A stretch of DNA of 64,000 nt from an uncultured Prochlorococcus sp. (GCA_902544495.1 CACCCI010000002.1:10311-74310), one strand, 5' to 3'; shown: positions 10,960-22,080, numbered from the stretch's first letter. The notes: generated by a model from the sequence alone, not told the origin. Numbers and translations are program-made.

Positions 10960-11250
10960 TTATTGATCGAAAATTTTGTTGATTTCCGAAGCTAATGTTT
11001 GATCCAAATTAGTAATACCTCCTAGATCATGTGTATTTAATTTAATTATTACTTTTGCATAAACATTTTCCCAGTTAGGATGATGATTATATTTTTCACA
11101 GATTAAAGCAACCTTAGTCATAAAAGCAAAGGCTTCAATAAAATTAGCGAAGTTAAATTCTCTTTGGATTTGTTTAGATTTAATTTCCCAGCCAGGTATT
11201 TTGACAACTAATTCATTCAATTCTTCATCTTGCAAAATGTAGGGTTCCAT
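10960..11250 (-). CDS. phhB: Pterin-4-alpha-carbinolamine dehydratase
   Basis: NHHP, THDLGGITNLD. Confidence 0.9.
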   Translation of the reverse strand: MEPYILQDEELNELVVKIPGWEIKSKQIQREFNFANFIEAFAFMTKVALICEKYNHHPNWENVYAKVIIKLNTHDLGGITNLDQTLASEINKIFDQ

Positions 11251-11286
11251 TAAATAAGAAATCTGACTTATTACATTATAAATATC

Positions 11287-11742
11287 TTACTTTTTCTCAC
11301 CAATTATATGTACATTAATTATTCTTTCCTTTTGATTAAATCGATGTTCCCATAAATAAACTGCTTGCCATGTGCCAAGCATAATTTTCCCGTCTTGAAA
11401 ACTCAAAGATAAACAAGTGTTTGTTAGGGATGTTTTAATATGTGCTGGCATATCGTCAGCTCCTTCTTGATAATGTTTATAGGATATTTCTTCTCTATTT
11501 TTTGATAAGCTTAAGTAGGAATCATAGGGAACTATTGATTGCATATACTTTTTTAGGTCCCTCAGTACATTTGGATCTGCGTTCTCATTAATAGTTAAAC
11601 TGCAACTTGTATGAAGTGAAGTTAAATTTAAAATTCCTGAATGAAAATTATTTTTTTCAACACATAAATTTAAATCATTTGTAATATCAATAAAACCCTC
11701 GCCATGGGTTATAAATTTTAATTTTGAAAATATTTGTTCCAT
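11287..11742 (-). CDS. YjbQ/UPF0047 family protein
   Basis: HTSCSLTINENADP, DDMPAHIK, LGTWQ. Confidence 0.9.
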   Translation of the reverse strand: MEQIFSKLKFITHGEGFIDITNDLNLCVEKNNFHSGILNLTSLHTSCSLTINENADPNVLRDLKKYMQSIVPYDSYLSLSKNREEISYKHYQEGADDMPAHIKTSLTNTCLSLSFQDGKIMLGTWQAVYLWEHRFNQKERIINVHIIGEKK

Positions 11743-11850
11743 ATAAGTTAAAACTTAATTAATCAATATCCTATTATGGATAAAGATGCATGTTTTTCTG
11801 CAGACATTAAAATTTTTATCTTAAGATAAATTTAATTTCCATTTAAATCT

Positions 11851-13356
11851 TTGGCTGAAACTCATTGGAATAAGCTGGGTGCTTACCTTAAAGAAACACA
11901 AATATTAGGTTCAATCCAAAATACACTTTATTGGGATCAGAATACTGGAATGCCAAAGAAAGGTGCTTCTTGGAGGTCTGAACAACTTACTTACATTGCA
12001 AAAGTATTACATGAAAGAAATTCTTCTGAGGAATTTTCTAATTTAATACAATCTGCTAAAAATGAACTAGCAGATATTGAAAGAAATTTCGATAATCAAC
12101 TTTTCATAAAAGATAAAGAAAGAAATATTAGTCTTTTATTGAAGGAATTTCATAGAGAAAGAAATTTAGATCCTAAATTAGTTGAGTCTCTAGCAAAGGC
12201 GAAATCTAAAGGGTATGAAAGCTGGCAAGAAGCTAAGGAAAAATCAGATTTTAAAATTTTTCTTCCCTTCTTTGAAGAATTAGTTAAATTGCGGATTGAA
12301 GAGGCAAAACAGATATCAGATCAATATTCACCATGGGAAACTTTAGCCCAACCCTTTGAGCCTGAATTAACTTTAAAGTGGCTGAATAAAATGTTTCAGC
12401 CTTTGAAAGAAACTCTCCCGGAGTTGATTAGAGGGATTAATAAATCTAAGAAATATCACTGGGATTTGAGTCCAGAATCTCAACATAGTTTATGTTCTCA
12501 ATTACTTGATGAGTTTGGGAGAGATAAAGATCTAGTTGTTGTAGGTAAATCTCCCCATCCTTTTTCGATAACATTAGGGCCTAATGATTACAGGATTACG
12601 ACAAGAATTGTTGAAGGTGAACCATTATCAAGTTTTTTAGCAACTGCGCATGAGTGGGGGCATTCTATTTATGAGCAGGGTTTGCCATCTCAAAGTCATC
12701 AATGGTTTGCTTGGCCTTTAGGTCAAGCAACCTCTATGGGAATTCATGAAAGTCAATCTTTATTTTGGGAAAATAGAATAGTTAAATCCAAATCTTTTTC
12801 AAAAAGATTTTTTAACAAATTTGTTTCGGCTGGATGTTCTCTTAATAATTATTTAGAACTATGGAAATCTATTAATCATTTGGAAGCAGGATTAAATAGG
12901 GTTGAAGCGGATGAATTAACTTATGGCTTACACATATTAATAAGAACCGAACTTGAAATAGATTTAATTGAAAGAGGGTTACCCGCCGAAGATATTCCAA
13001 CAGAATGGAATAAAAGATATGATGAATTCCTAGGAATTAAACCATCTAATGATTCAGAAGGTTGTCTTCAAGATGTTCATTGGAGTGAAGGGGCGTTTGG
13101 ATATTTCCCCTCATATTTGTTAGGACATGTTATAAGTGCGCAAATATCTTCTCAAATGGAAAGAGACATAGGTTTGATTGACAACTTAATTGAAAATGGT
13201 GAATATCAAAAGATCATCTTTTGGTTAAAAAATAATATACATGAATATGGTAGATCAGTTAATTGTATGGAGTTGGTAAGAGCTGTAACTAATGAAGAAC
13301 TATCGCCAAACTATTTTATTAATCATTTAAGGTCTAAAATAAATGATTTTTGCTGA
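11851..13356 (+). CDS. M32 metallocarboxypeptidase (Taq-type)
   Basis: HPF, RITTR, HEWGH, HESQS, QDVHWS, GYFPSY. Confidence 0.95.
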   Translation: MAETHWNKLGAYLKETQILGSIQNTLYWDQNTGMPKKGASWRSEQLTYIAKVLHERNSSEEFSNLIQSAKNELADIERNFDNQLFIKDKERNISLLLKEFHRERNLDPKLVESLAKAKSKGYESWQEAKEKSDFKIFLPFFEELVKLRIEEAKQISDQYSPWETLAQPFEPELTLKWLNKMFQPLKETLPELIRGINKSKKYHWDLSPESQHSLCSQLLDEFGRDKDLVVVGKSPHPFSITLGPNDYRITTRIVEGEPLSSFLATAHEWGHSIYEQGLPSQSHQWFAWPLGQATSMGIHESQSLFWENRIVKSKSFSKRFFNKFVSAGCSLNNYLELWKSINHLEAGLNRVEADELTYGLHILIRTELEIDLIERGLPAEDIPTEWNKRYDEFLGIKPSNDSEGCLQDVHWSEGAFGYFPSYLLGHVISAQISSQMERDIGLIDNLIENGEYQKIIFWLKNNIHEYGRSVNCMELVRAVTNEELSPNYFINHLRSKINDFC

Positions 13357-13419
13357 AACATTACTTTTAAAGAATTTGGTTAGGTGTGAGGATGTAAGAT
13401 AAATAAAAATAATTTCTTG

Positions 13420-14007
13420 ATGGCAAATCTAAATCAGCCCCCAAGCAGGGTTACCCCCAATTTATTGCACATACTAAATGCTTTCACTGATAGCTCAAAT
13501 ACAATAATAAACACTATTGTTGAATTGAACTCCAATACCATAAATAAATATGAATTAATTACAGAAACAGGCCATCTTAAACTTGATAGGGTAGGTTATT
13601 CATCACTTGCGTATCCTTTTGCTTATGGATGTATTCCAAGGACATGGGATGAAGATGGAGATCCACTTGATGTAGAAATTGTTGGAGTAACTGAGCCATT
13701 GATACCTGGATCTATTGTGGAATCAAGGATTATTGGGGTGATGAAATTTGATGATGGTGGAGAGGTCGATGATAAGGTAATAGCGGTTCTCGCGGATGAT
13801 AAAAGAATGGATCATATCTCAAGTTATGAAGACCTTGGAGATCATTGGTTAAAAGAAACAAAGTATTACTGGGAGCACTACAAAGATCTAAAAAAACCAG
13901 GAACATGTACTGTAAATGGTTTTTTTGGGATAGAAGAAGCTGTTCAAGTGATTAAAGATTGTGAAGAGAGGTACAAAAAAGAAATTGATCCTAAATTAGT
14001 AAATTAA
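13420..14007 (+). CDS. ppa: Family I inorganic pyrophosphatase (intact motifs)
   Basis: NKYE, LDRV, YPFAYG, DGDPLD, DDK, HYKDL. Confidence 0.92.
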   Translation: MANLNQPPSRVTPNLLHILNAFTDSSNTIINTIVELNSNTINKYELITETGHLKLDRVGYSSLAYPFAYGCIPRTWDEDGDPLDVEIVGVTEPLIPGSIVESRIIGVMKFDDGGEVDDKVIAVLADDKRMDHISSYEDLGDHWLKETKYYWEHYKDLKKPGTCTVNGFFGIEEAVQVIKDCEERYKKEIDPKLVN

Positions 14008-14013
14008 TAAATT

Positions 14014-14964
14014 TTATTTTTCTCTAAATTTTTCAAATATTTCGCTTAGTATTTCTTCGGCGCCTTGCTGCTTTAATTTTTTAGCTAGTTCTTTGCCTAC
14101 TTCTTCAGGATCATTAATATTGCCAATATATTGATCTTTAATAAGCCTTTCTCCATCAAGAGATGCAACCATGCCAGTAAGGCAAAGTTGTTCATTCTGA
14201 ATTTTACTATTCACACCTATTGGGACTTGGCATCCACCTTCAAGCTCTCTTAAAAAAGCCCTTTCTGCTAGACATCTTTGACTGGTGGGTTTATCTTCTA
14301 AGATATTTATAATTTCTAAAACTTTTTTATCATCAGATTTACATTCAATGCCTAGTGCTCCTTGGCCAACGGCATGAAGGGAAATTTCACTTGGGATAAT
14401 CTGGTGAATTCTTGATTCAAAGCCTAATCTCTTTAAACCAGCGGCCGCAAGAATTATACAATCAAACTCTCCTGCATCTAATTTTTCAATTCTTGTAATA
14501 ACATTTCCCCTGATATCTTTGAAAACAAGATGTGGGTACTTATTTCTTAATTGTGCAAGTCTTCTTAGAGAGCTTGTTCCAACAATCGAACCTTCAGGTA
14601 AGGTTTCTAGTTTATAACAGTGATTTTTTTTATTTACTACTAAAGCATCTGCAGGATCCTCCCTTTTTGTAATGCATCCTAATTTAAGGCCATTAGGCAA
14701 ATTGGTTGGTAAATCTTTCAGAGAATGTACAGCTATATCTGCATGGCCTACGAGCATTTGTGCTTCAAGTTCTTTTGTAAATAAACCTTTGTCGCCTATT
14801 TTTGCTAAGGCTACATCAAGGATTTTGTCACCTTGAGTTGCCATAGCCTCTATAGATACCTCTAAATTGGGAATATTCCTTTCTAGTTGATCTTTAACCC
14901 ATAAAGTTTGAACCATTGCTAGCTTACTTCTTCTACTAGCTATTTTTAGCTTAAAATTAGTCAT
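14014..14964 (-). CDS. hemC: Hydroxymethylbilane synthase
   Basis: [37 protein letters not shown]. Confidence 0.97.
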   Translation of the reverse strand: MTNFKLKIASRRSKLAMVQTLWVKDQLERNIPNLEVSIEAMATQGDKILDVALAKIGDKGLFTKELEAQMLVGHADIAVHSLKDLPTNLPNGLKLGCITKREDPADALVVNKKNHCYKLETLPEGSIVGTSSLRRLAQLRNKYPHLVFKDIRGNVITRIEKLDAGEFDCIILAAAGLKRLGFESRIHQIIPSEISLHAVGQGALGIECKSDDKKVLEIINILEDKPTSQRCLAERAFLRELEGGCQVPIGVNSKIQNEQLCLTGMVASLDGERLIKDQYIGNINDPEEVGKELAKKLKQQGAEEILSEIFEKFREK

Positions 14965-15061
14965 TAAATATTGTTTTGAGTTTGAATTGAAAATTAAGTC
15001 GAATCTATCTTAAGCTATTATTTTGCCAGTTTTTAGTGCTGAATATTATATTTAACTTTTT

Positions 15062-16243
15062 TTATTTTATATATTCTTTTAAAACCCCATTTCGATTTGG
15101 ATGTCTAAGTTTTCTTAGGGCTTTTGCCTCTATTTGTCTAATTCTTTCTCTTGTCACATCAAAAATCTGGCCAATTTCTTCAAGAGTTTTCATTCTTCCA
15201 TCATCAATTCCATATCTCAATCTGAGAACATCTCTTTCTCTTGGACTAAGAGTGGCTAATACTCCTTCCAAATCTTCTCTTAGTAAAGTTTTAGAAACAT
15301 CTTGCTCTGGATTTTCTATATCAGCCTCTATAAAGTCTCCTAGTCTTGAGTCTTCTTCTTTTCCTATTGGAGTTTCTAAAGAAATAGGAAGTTGTGCACT
15401 TTTAGCTATAAATCTTAATTTTTCGATTGTCATTTCCATACTCTCAGCGATTTCTTCTTCACTAGGTTTCCTGCCAAATTCTTGGCTAAGAACTTTTGTA
15501 GTTTTTTTAATTCTGGATATTGTCTCGTATAAGTGAACTGGCAATCTAATAGTTCTACTTTGATCCGCAATTGCTCTTGTAATGGCTTGGCGAATCCACC
15601 AAGTTGCATATGTAGAGAACTTATAACCTTTTTCATGGTCGAATTTTTCCGCTGCCCTAATTAAACCCAAACTTCCTTCTTGGATTAAATCTTGAAATGA
15701 TAAACCTCTGTTCATATATTTTTTAGCAATGGAAACAACTAATCTTAAATTTGATTGAACCATTTTTTCTTTAGCTCTGCGCCCTAAGAGAAGTCTTCTT
15801 CTAAATTTAGGAAGAGGCATATCTATTAACTCGGCCCATTCTCTTACAGATGGGAAATGCCCTTTTTCAGACTCATATTGAGTTGCTAGCTCTTCTAATT
15901 GGAGTAAGTCAGCAATTTTTCTTGCAAGCTCAATTTCTTCATCTGGTCTTAAAAGTCTAATTCTTCCAATTTCTTGGAGATAAACTCTTATTGAATCTTC
16001 AGTGTAGATACCTTTTGGCCCAAGCTTTATATTCCCGAGACCTTTATCTTCTTCAGCATCACTAAATTCATTATTGTTATTTTCAATATTGCTTTCGTTT
16101 AACTCAGCAGATTTCTGTAAAGTTTGATTATTTTTATTACTATCTTCTTCAACTACTGTTTCTAAATTTGTATTAATTTTTTTATTGATCTTTTTTTTTG
16201 AACTAGGCTTGGAATTCTTTGATTCTGCTGCGACTGGACACAT
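15062..16243 (-). CDS. rpoD: Primary RNA polymerase sigma factor
   Basis: [48 protein letters not shown]; SD AAAGGAG at 16250-16256. Confidence 0.97.
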   Translation of the reverse strand: MCPVAAESKNSKPSSKKKINKKINTNLETVVEEDSNKNNQTLQKSAELNESNIENNNNEFSDAEEDKGLGNIKLGPKGIYTEDSIRVYLQEIGRIRLLRPDEEIELARKIADLLQLEELATQYESEKGHFPSVREWAELIDMPLPKFRRRLLLGRRAKEKMVQSNLRLVVSIAKKYMNRGLSFQDLIQEGSLGLIRAAEKFDHEKGYKFSTYATWWIRQAITRAIADQSRTIRLPVHLYETISRIKKTTKVLSQEFGRKPSEEEIAESMEMTIEKLRFIAKSAQLPISLETPIGKEEDSRLGDFIEADIENPEQDVSKTLLREDLEGVLATLSPRERDVLRLRYGIDDGRMKTLEEIGQIFDVTRERIRQIEAKALRKLRHPNRNGVLKEYIK

Positions 16244-16526
16244 AATTTACTCCTTTCTACGGTGAATTTAACTAGATAAAATTTTATTTAGGGCTAATTT
16301 GAACATTTAGTAGTAAAGTCCCCTTAATGTTTAAAAACTTTTTTACAAAATGAGAATAAGAAAAGTTTTCTAAATTGTTGAAAAATTTAAATAGTGCTAT
16401 AGATTACCTAAAGTAAAAAGTCTTGGGATTTCTCAGACAGGCAGATCATTTTTGAATTTTCAGTCAATGATCAGAGCTTCATGTCTCCCTTAAGAGCAGG
16501 ATACTTACAATGTGCAAAAAACACTT

Positions 16527-16540
16527 TGTGGAATGTTCAA
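16527..16540 (-). repeat. 14-mer TTGAACATTCCACA, copy 1 (predicted rpoD 5' end)
   Basis: Plus strand reads TGTGGAATGTTCAA; identical to 63289-63302 and 63520-63533. Confidence 0.9.
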
Positions 16541-16547
16541 CAATCCA

Positions 16548-16576
16548 ATACTAAGAAAAAGTTTTGAAGCCGGCAA
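16548..16576 (-). promoter_or_regulatory. Predicted sigma70 promoter of rpoD (TTGCCG-17-TAGTAT), giving a leader of about 300 nt
   Basis: -35 at 16576-16571, -10 at 16553-16548, exact 17-nt spacer; TSS inferred near 16541. Confidence 0.55.
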
Positions 16577-18840
16577 GTAATCAGTTATTAAATATCTCCT
16601 ATAAATTCGAAATTTTGCTTGATATAGGTAGTAGTAATGAAAGCTTTTACTATTTAGATGGAAATAATCTAGGAGTAGAAGTTGGAGATATTGTAAGTGT
16701 GAGACTTAGGGGGCGATTATTGAATGGGTTGGTGATCTCCAAAAAAAACTTTTCGACAATCAATAATGATGAATCAAATATTACTGGAGGAAAAAGCATA
16801 AGATATTTGTTTGTTGAAAGTATTTTGCAGAAAAAAATAATTGATGAATCTTGGAGACAATTGATAGACTCCCTAGCCTCTTTTTATATGGTTAGTAAAT
16901 TAAAAATGTTTAAAACTGCATTTCCTCCTGGCTGGATTGGTAAATATAAAAATTTCTCTAAAGGTTTAAAAGATCAAATATGGATTGAAACTAAAAAAGA
17001 ATTTGATATTAAGAAAAATGGATTAACCAAAAAAGAATTTTTATTAATGGATACTTTATCTAAAAAAGGTAATTGGCAAAGTGAATTAATAAAGTCTGGT
17101 TTTAATTACACTCTAATTAACTCAATGGTCAGTAAAAATTATCTTGCTAAATCTAAAAGAAAAAAAAATATAAATAGTAAATTAAATTCCTTTTTAAAAG
17201 ATCATATCGCAACAAAAAAACCAAATCTTACAAATGAGCAAAAAATTGTATTTCAAGAATTTCAAACAATGAAACCAGGAGATGCATTACTTCTTTGGGG
17301 CGAAACAGGTTCAGGTAAAACAGAAGTTTATATGAGAATTGCTGAAGATCAATTCCTTAAGAAAAAAAGTTGTTTGATACTAGCCCCAGAAATTGGATTA
17401 ATTCCTCAACTTGTTGATAGGTTTAATAGGCGATTTAATAATGTCGTTTACGAATATCATAGTAATTGCTCTCCCGATCATAGAACTTTAGTTTGGAAGA
17501 AAATTTTTAATGCTAATGAACCTTTAATAGTAATAGGTACAAGGTCGGCAGTTTTTCTTCCAATCAAAAATCTGGGATTAATAATAATGGATGAAGAACA
17601 TGATGTTTCTTATAAGCAAGATAGTCCTATGCCTTGCTATGACGCAAGAGAGATTGCTATTGAAATAGTAAAAAGGAATTCTGCAAAGTTAATTTTTGGG
17701 AGTGCAACTCCATCAATGAAGACTTGGAAAAAGTGTATTTTTGAAAGGAATTTTAAATTGGTAAGAATGATTCAAAGGATATCGAGTAGTGAGACTCCTG
17801 AAATAAAAATCATTGATATGCGGGATGAGTTCAAGCAGGGAAATATGAAAATTTTTTCCAATGAATTATTACAATTGCTTCCTCAACTACGCTTAAAAAA
17901 AGAGCAAGCAATAATTTTGATCCCTAGGAGGGGGCATAGTGGATTTTTAAGTTGTAGAAATTGCGGATATTTAATAAATTGCCCCAACTGTGACGTTCCT
18001 TTATCAGTTCATCTCGGATCACAAGGGAAAAAATGGTTAAGGTGTCATTGGTGTGATCATAAATCAAGATTGATCAATCGTTGCCCAGATTGTCATTCAA
18101 CTGCTTTTAAACCTTTTGGAATTGGTACGCAAAGGGTAATAGAGTTTTTAAATGAAGAATTTCCTGACTTAAGAGTACTTCGCTTTGATAGAGATACAAC
18201 TTCAGGAAAGGATGGTCATAGAGATATTCTTTCAAAGTTTTCTAAAGGTGATGCTGATATTCTTGTCGGTACTCAGATGTTGGCAAAAGGTATTGACATC
18301 CCCAATATTACTCTTTCAGTAGTTATTGCAGCAGATGGGTTGCTTCATCGCCCAGATATTTCAGCAGAAGAAAAATCATTACAATTATTTTTGCAAGTAG
18401 CAGGAAGGGCCGGCAGGGCACAAAAAAAAGGGAAAGTAATTTTTCAAACATATAAACCTAACCACCCAGTGATTTCGTATCTTCAAAAAAGAGATTATGA
18501 AAGATTCTTAATTGAAAACTCGAGATTGAGAAAGGATGCTAATTTATTCCCATTTTGCACAATTTGCCTACTTAAATTATCAGGTGAAAATTATGAATTA
18601 ACTGAGTCAATTGCAATAAAATTAGCAAAATATCTAATCAGTTTTTGTGAGAAAAAGAACTGGAAATTAATTGGTCCTGCCCCTAGTTTAATAGCTAAAG
18701 TCGGTAAAAAATTTAGATGGCAGATATTAATACATGGTCCTGAAGGAACAAAGATACCTTTACCTGATAGATCAATATTATGGGAATTTATTCCAAAAAA
18801 TGTTTTTTTAACAATAGATGTTAATCCAGCAGAGTTGTAA
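16564..18840 (+). CDS. priA: Primosomal protein N'
   Basis: GETGSGKTEVY, DEEHD, SATPS, four CxxC zinc knuckles, GTQMLAKG, QVAGRAGR. Confidence 0.96.
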   Translation: MKPASNQLLNISYKFEILLDIGSSNESFYYLDGNNLGVEVGDIVSVRLRGRLLNGLVISKKNFSTINNDESNITGGKSIRYLFVESILQKKIIDESWRQLIDSLASFYMVSKLKMFKTAFPPGWIGKYKNFSKGLKDQIWIETKKEFDIKKNGLTKKEFLLMDTLSKKGNWQSELIKSGFNYTLINSMVSKNYLAKSKRKKNINSKLNSFLKDHIATKKPNLTNEQKIVFQEFQTMKPGDALLLWGETGSGKTEVYMRIAEDQFLKKKSCLILAPEIGLIPQLVDRFNRRFNNVVYEYHSNCSPDHRTLVWKKIFNANEPLIVIGTRSAVFLPIKNLGLIIMDEEHDVSYKQDSPMPCYDAREIAIEIVKRNSAKLIFGSATPSMKTWKKCIFERNFKLVRMIQRISSSETPEIKIIDMRDEFKQGNMKIFSNELLQLLPQLRLKKEQAIILIPRRGHSGFLSCRNCGYLINCPNCDVPLSVHLGSQGKKWLRCHWCDHKSRLINRCPDCHSTAFKPFGIGTQRVIEFLNEEFPDLRVLRFDRDTTSGKDGHRDILSKFSKGDADILVGTQMLAKGIDIPNITLSVVIAADGLLHRPDISAEEKSLQLFLQVAGRAGRAQKKGKVIFQTYKPNHPVISYLQKRDYERFLIENSRLRKDANLFPFCTICLLKLSGENYELTESIAIKLAKYLISFCEKKNWKLIGPAPSLIAKVGKKFRWQILIHGPEGTKIPLPDRSILWEFIPKNVFLTIDVNPAEL

Positions 18841-19950
18841 TTACTTTGATGGAAGTTGAGGCAAATCTGAACCTAATTTAAATCTATATAATCTTAATAA
18901 ATAAGCCAATACTATAATGATTAAAATAATAGATATCCCAATCAAGAGTTTATTGAGGCTCCAGAAAGAAAATTCAAGACTATTTATCTGCCCTTGATTT
19001 AAATCCCAAATTATTAGATTTTTTGTGATTTCTAAATTTAAATTATTTTTCTCGGTAAGGATAGCTTTATTAGGGTGAATAATTTTGAAAATGAGTTCTA
19101 AATTATCAATGCCTTTAATAGAATTTAGATCCAAATCTAACCTGTAAAAGTATTTTTTAAAAAAAATGAAGTTTTTTTGAGTAGTATTAATTTCTATATT
19201 TGTTGATTCTCCCGCTAACTCTCCAGCTGTATTTTGGGTGATTTTAAGAACTTGCTTTGTATCCTCTAAATTAAGATTTTTATGTTTCAAAGAAAAGGTT
19301 GATTCGTCTTGTTCAATTTCTGCGTCAGGAAAAATATCTTTCATCTTCTCTTCAAATTTTAATTGCCAAGGAAATTTCTTTATATATTTACTCTCTATCA
19401 CTAAATTATTAGTTATTGAATCAAGTTCACTAAGATCAAGGGTATCCTCAATTTTTACGCAGCCACTTAAAAGTGGAATTAATAATAATAGTATTAAAAA
19501 AATGATCAGTGAAAAGCCTTTCTGAAATGGTTTTGTTTCACCAGTTGGTGTCTCAGTTATATTAATAAATTTTTTTTTCTTCAATACTTCTCTTTTTTTT
19601 CGTAGTGAGTTAAGAGATTTTTTATTGAGTGATGGGTCGCTTTCAAACTGTACGTTCCAATTTTCAGGCTTTTTAATATCAGGAGAGTCTATAACTTCCA
19701 TCAAATATTTTGCATTTTCTCTCGTCTTATTATCGTAAGATTTTAGAAGTTCTTTACAAAACCTTTTAGCCTCCTCTCTTTTATTGATACCACATAGAGC
19801 AGTAATTAAGATTGTTCTTAAATTTACTCCCTCTTTGCTCGATAAAGGAAATGATTCGATTATGGGCAAAAGAAATTCAATGCAATAATGATACTCACCT
19901 TTAGCTAAAGCAAGTTCTACTTTTTCTAAAACTTGCTCATAAGTTTTCAT
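18841..19950 (-). CDS. DUF3153-like membrane protein with TPR-like N-terminus
   Basis: Helical N-terminus, LLSGCV segment, C-terminal TM helix. Confidence 0.65.
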   Translation of the reverse strand: MKTYEQVLEKVELALAKGEYHYCIEFLLPIIESFPLSSKEGVNLRTILITALCGINKREEAKRFCKELLKSYDNKTRENAKYLMEVIDSPDIKKPENWNVQFESDPSLNKKSLNSLRKKREVLKKKKFINITETPTGETKPFQKGFSLIIFLILLLLIPLLSGCVKIEDTLDLSELDSITNNLVIESKYIKKFPWQLKFEEKMKDIFPDAEIEQDESTFSLKHKNLNLEDTKQVLKITQNTAGELAGESTNIEINTTQKNFIFFKKYFYRLDLDLNSIKGIDNLELIFKIIHPNKAILTEKNNLNLEITKNLIIWDLNQGQINSLEFSFWSLNKLLIGISIILIIIVLAYLLRLYRFKLGSDLPQLPSK

Positions 19951-19953
19951 GGG

Positions 19954-20805
19954 TTAGGCGACTATCATTGTACCTATACCGGAATTTGTAAAAATCTCAA
20001 GAAGTAATGAATGTTCTATTCTTCCATCAATTATGTGAGCTGCTTTGACTCCTTGGGCTAAAGCTCTTATACAGCATTCTGTCTTTGGAATCATACCTTC
20101 AGTCACAATTTTTTTATCAATAAAATCCCTTGCCTCTTTGAGATTAGTTTTTTCAACAAGACTATTTTTGTTATCTTTTTCTTTTAAAATCCCTTGAGTA
20201 TCAGTAAGAAGAATAAGTTTTTCTGCATTTATTGCAGCAGCAATTTCTCCAGCAACAAAATCTGCATTAATGTTATGGGAAATACCCTCCAAGGTTGATC
20301 CAATGCTAGAAATAATTGGGATGTATCCTTTAGAAATAAGAGGATCTAATATGTCAGGATTGATTTTTGTAACCTCTCCCACTAACCCATGGCTCCCATC
20401 TCCTAGTTCTCTAGATTGAATTAAGTTGCCATCAAGACCCGATATCCCTACAGCTAAGGATCCAGTTTTATTAATCCCTTTTACAATTTGTTTGTTAACT
20501 CTACCCATTAGAACCATCTCGACAATTTCCATTGTTTTTTGATCAGTAATTCTTAATCCATTTTCGAATTTAGGAGATATTTCTAATTTCTTTAACCAAT
20601 TATTAATCTCTGGTCCACCTCCATGAATTACTATCGGACAAACCCCAACGGTCGATAAAAGTGCAATATCTCTAAAAAAAGCATTTTTTAAATTATCATT
20701 CTCCATAACAGAACCACCATACTTGATAACAATTTTTCTACCTGAGAAACTTTGTATATATGGAAGTGCTTCGCTTAATATCGATACTCTTTGAGAATCA
20801 TTCAT
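19954..20805 (-). CDS. argB: Acetylglutamate kinase
   Basis: VIKYGG, HGGGP, GLRITD, NINAD, GMIPK. Confidence 0.96.
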   Translation of the reverse strand: MNDSQRVSILSEALPYIQSFSGRKIVIKYGGSVMENDNLKNAFFRDIALLSTVGVCPIVIHGGGPEINNWLKKLEISPKFENGLRITDQKTMEIVEMVLMGRVNKQIVKGINKTGSLAVGISGLDGNLIQSRELGDGSHGLVGEVTKINPDILDPLISKGYIPIISSIGSTLEGISHNINADFVAGEIAAAINAEKLILLTDTQGILKEKDNKNSLVEKTNLKEARDFIDKKIVTEGMIPKTECCIRALAQGVKAAHIIDGRIEHSLLLEIFTNSGIGTMIVA

Positions 20806-20869
20806 TATTAAAATTCATTAAAACTTGATTGAATTGAGAAATTAGGTTTTTACAAATATATCCCTATAT

Positions 20870-21400
20870 TCAATAAAAGAGAATAAAATCAAATTCTTTT
20901 TTATTATCGTCGATAATAAATTCTGATTCAAGACCTTTGACGAAAAACCTATTCAGTCTTTCTTGTTTTTCAATCCATTTTTCAAGAGGGACAGCGTTTA
21001 ATTCGAAACGCATTCTGAGACCATTTTTTTCTTCCTTTGTAATTTCTTCTATTTCTTTTAATTGAGGGGGGTTATCCTCGTCCCACAAATTTAAAGATTC
21101 TAATGACGATTCAAGATGAGCTTTTATCCCATACCTCCATCTTGTAACATCTTTAACTAATGCTGTTAGTTCTTTTGGTCTATTAAATTTATTTGTCGCA
21201 AAATTATTCTTGTCAAATAACTCTACAGGAGGTATTTCGGAAGTCTTTAAGCCTAAGCCAATTAGGAAAATAGGTACTCCATAAAAAAAAGTAGGTACGC
21301 TTAAATTCACTGAGTCTGTGAAATAAGCAGTCATTCCAACAAAAGCTAATATACCCCCAGCGGTTACGATTAAGTTTCCAGGCGATAAGTATTTCTTCAT
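20870..21400 (-). CDS. DUF2854 family membrane protein
   Basis: Two N-terminal TM helices, FFYGVPI, DVTRWRYG. Confidence 0.75.
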   Translation of the reverse strand: MKKYLSPGNLIVTAGGILAFVGMTAYFTDSVNLSVPTFFYGVPIFLIGLGLKTSEIPPVELFDKNNFATNKFNRPKELTALVKDVTRWRYGIKAHLESSLESLNLWDEDNPPQLKEIEEITKEEKNGLRMRFELNAVPLEKWIEKQERLNRFFVKGLESEFIIDDNKKEFDFILFY

Positions 21401-21442
21401 TTTGATTTAGTAGAATGAGTTTTAAATGGGCTAACAAGTATT

Positions 21443-21625
21443 ATGCAAGATCCTAATACTGCAAATCAAGGAGATTTAATTTTTAAACTTGATCAAGATA
21501 GAGCATGGCTACTAGAAAATCTTGATAAGGGTAAATGGCCAGAAATCAGAAGCGAACTTGCCGCGCTTGAAAGAAAAATAAGCAAACTAATTATAAGTGT
21601 TCAAGAAAATAATGTTGATATTTGA
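21443..21625 (+). CDS. Small hypothetical protein (60 aa)
   Basis: ATG ORF filling the intergenic gap; DRAWLL...GKWPE..ELAALER. Confidence 0.7.
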   Translation: MQDPNTANQGDLIFKLDQDRAWLLENLDKGKWPEIRSELAALERKISKLIISVQENNVDI

Positions 21626-21626
21626 T

Positions 21627-22052
21627 TTAAAAAGGTATTTCGTCCACTTCAGGGACTAAAGGTGAACTATCCCAACTAGATTTTTTGGCGGTTTCTTTAT
21701 TTTCAAATGACTCATTATTTTCTTTTTGATCAGACTTAATAACATCAACAGGCGATATTTGATGAATTTTTGAAGCTGTTAGTTCTGGTTGCTTTTCTTT
21801 TGTTCCGTCTTTTCTAGTGACAGAATTCATCTTCAGACGTCCCTCAATAACAATATTTTGCCCCTCCTCAAGTTCATCTACCATCTCTTGGGCAATATTT
21901 CCCCATCCTATGATCTTGAGATCTCTGGTTGGATCTTCACTACGTAATCCTTTAAAATTAACAATCATTTCTGCAATTGGAGTTTGGTTTTCTTTGGTAT
22001 ACCTCATTTGGGGAGCGCTATTAATGACCGCCTGAATTAAACAATGATTCAT
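21627..22052 (-). CDS. Single-stranded DNA-binding protein paralogue
   Basis: OB-fold pattern (PQMRYT, WG, IEGRL); acidic tail DEIPF. Confidence 0.85.
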   Translation of the reverse strand: MNHCLIQAVINSAPQMRYTKENQTPIAEMIVNFKGLRSEDPTRDLKIIGWGNIAQEMVDELEEGQNIVIEGRLKMNSVTRKDGTKEKQPELTASKIHQISPVDVIKSDQKENNESFENKETAKKSSWDSSPLVPEVDEIPF

Positions 22053-22080
22053 TACTTACTATTTAATTAAAGACATACTG

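Noticed and set aside
15036-15536. 166-aa ORF antisense to rpoD
   Set aside because: Shadow frame of a conserved gene with Ser/Phe/Leu-rich composition
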